33,361 nucleotides of DNA from Octopus bimaculoides (lineage: Eukaryota), in assembly GCF_001194135.2 (NCBI RefSeq), contig NC_068991.1, positions 2,457,684-2,491,044 on the forward strand. Direction: 5' to 3'. Below the pieces are notes generated by a model. It searched no databases and was not told the origin of the DNA. It saw only the letters and a list, made by a program, of their open reading frames with translations. Position numbers and translations under genes: made by a program. This document shows positions 32,664 through 33,361 of the stretch, one piece after another. The stretch's first letter is position 1. Every line of letters begins with the position of its first letter.

Positions 32664-33200
32664 NNNNNNNNNNNNNNNNNNNNNNNNNNNNNNNNNNNNN
32701 NNNNNNNNNNNNNNNNNNNNNNNNNNNNNNNNNNNNNNNNNNNNNNNNNNNNNNNNNNNNNNNNNNNNNNNNNNNNNNNNNNNNNNNNNNNNNNNNNNNN
32801 NNNNNNNNNNNNNNNNNNNNNNNNNNNNNNNNNNNNNNNNNNNNNNNNNNNNNNNNNNNNNNNNNNNNNNNNNNNNNNNNNNNNNNNNNNNNNNNNNNNN
32901 NNNNNNNNNNNNNNNNNNNNNNNNNNNATATATATATATATAAACGTATATATATATGTATGTATGTATATATAAATATATGTGTGTATGTGTGTGTATC
33001 AATGTGTCTGTTTGTTCTGCACTACCGCTTGACAACCGGCGTTGGTTTATTTATATCTACGTAACTTAGCGTCTTGTGAAGAAGAGACCCGACAGAATAG
33101 GTACCAGGCTTTACAAACAAAAGTAAGTAGCAGGTTCGATCCATTTGACTAAAATTCTTGAAGGCGGTGCCACAGCATGGCCACAATCTAATGATAAAAG
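32445..33200 (+). mobile_element. tRNA-derived SINE, family A, near full length, with internal microsatellite and N gap
   Basis: ggcgcatgcgtggatg...gggttcaatcc (B box)...ctcgggccgagcaaagccttgtgagtggatttggtagacg; tail gcttgacaaccggcgttgg...aaggcggtgccacagcatggcc. Confidence 0.85.
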
Positions 33201-33320
33201 AACATCTATATATTTATAAATGTATGTTTATGTGTGAACGTTTGTGTACCTGTGTGCGCATGTAGAGTTGTGTAATATATACATATGTATGTGTGTATGT
33301 GTGTGTGTGTGTGTGTATAA

Positions 33321-33361
<41 letters not shown>

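Overview
AT-rich, microsatellite-dense eukaryotic genomic DNA from a gapped short-read assembly. The SINE, mariner and LINE repertoire looks like an octopus (coleoid cephalopod) genome; this is recognition from memory, not a database result. Almost all ORF-track entries are artefacts of microsatellites or N-runs. The one real gene I can reconstruct is a + strand, multi-exon, secreted multi-domain cystatin (I25-family protease inhibitor). It has a TATA/Inr-like promoter (~9745-9777) and a signal-peptide exon (9825-9974). Further coding exons lie at 16330-16398, 22482-22547, 22927-23133 (runs into a gap), 27525-27641 and 29177-29257 (TGA). A splice donor follows 6 nt after the stop, and a probable terminal exon starts at 30334. 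At least one exon is not visible and probably lies in an N gap. The protein appears to have one degenerate and two recognisable cystatin domains. The rest of the window is decayed Tc1/mariner transposons, LINE fragments (CR1/L2-like, R4/Dong-like, Penelope-like), tRNA-derived SINEs, fold-back elements and simple repeats. I see no prokaryotic-type system and no CRISPR array. The most intriguing point is the gene's 3' end: an in-frame TGA just before a phase-0 donor, followed by an exon that resembles a decayed cathepsin-F I29 propeptide start.
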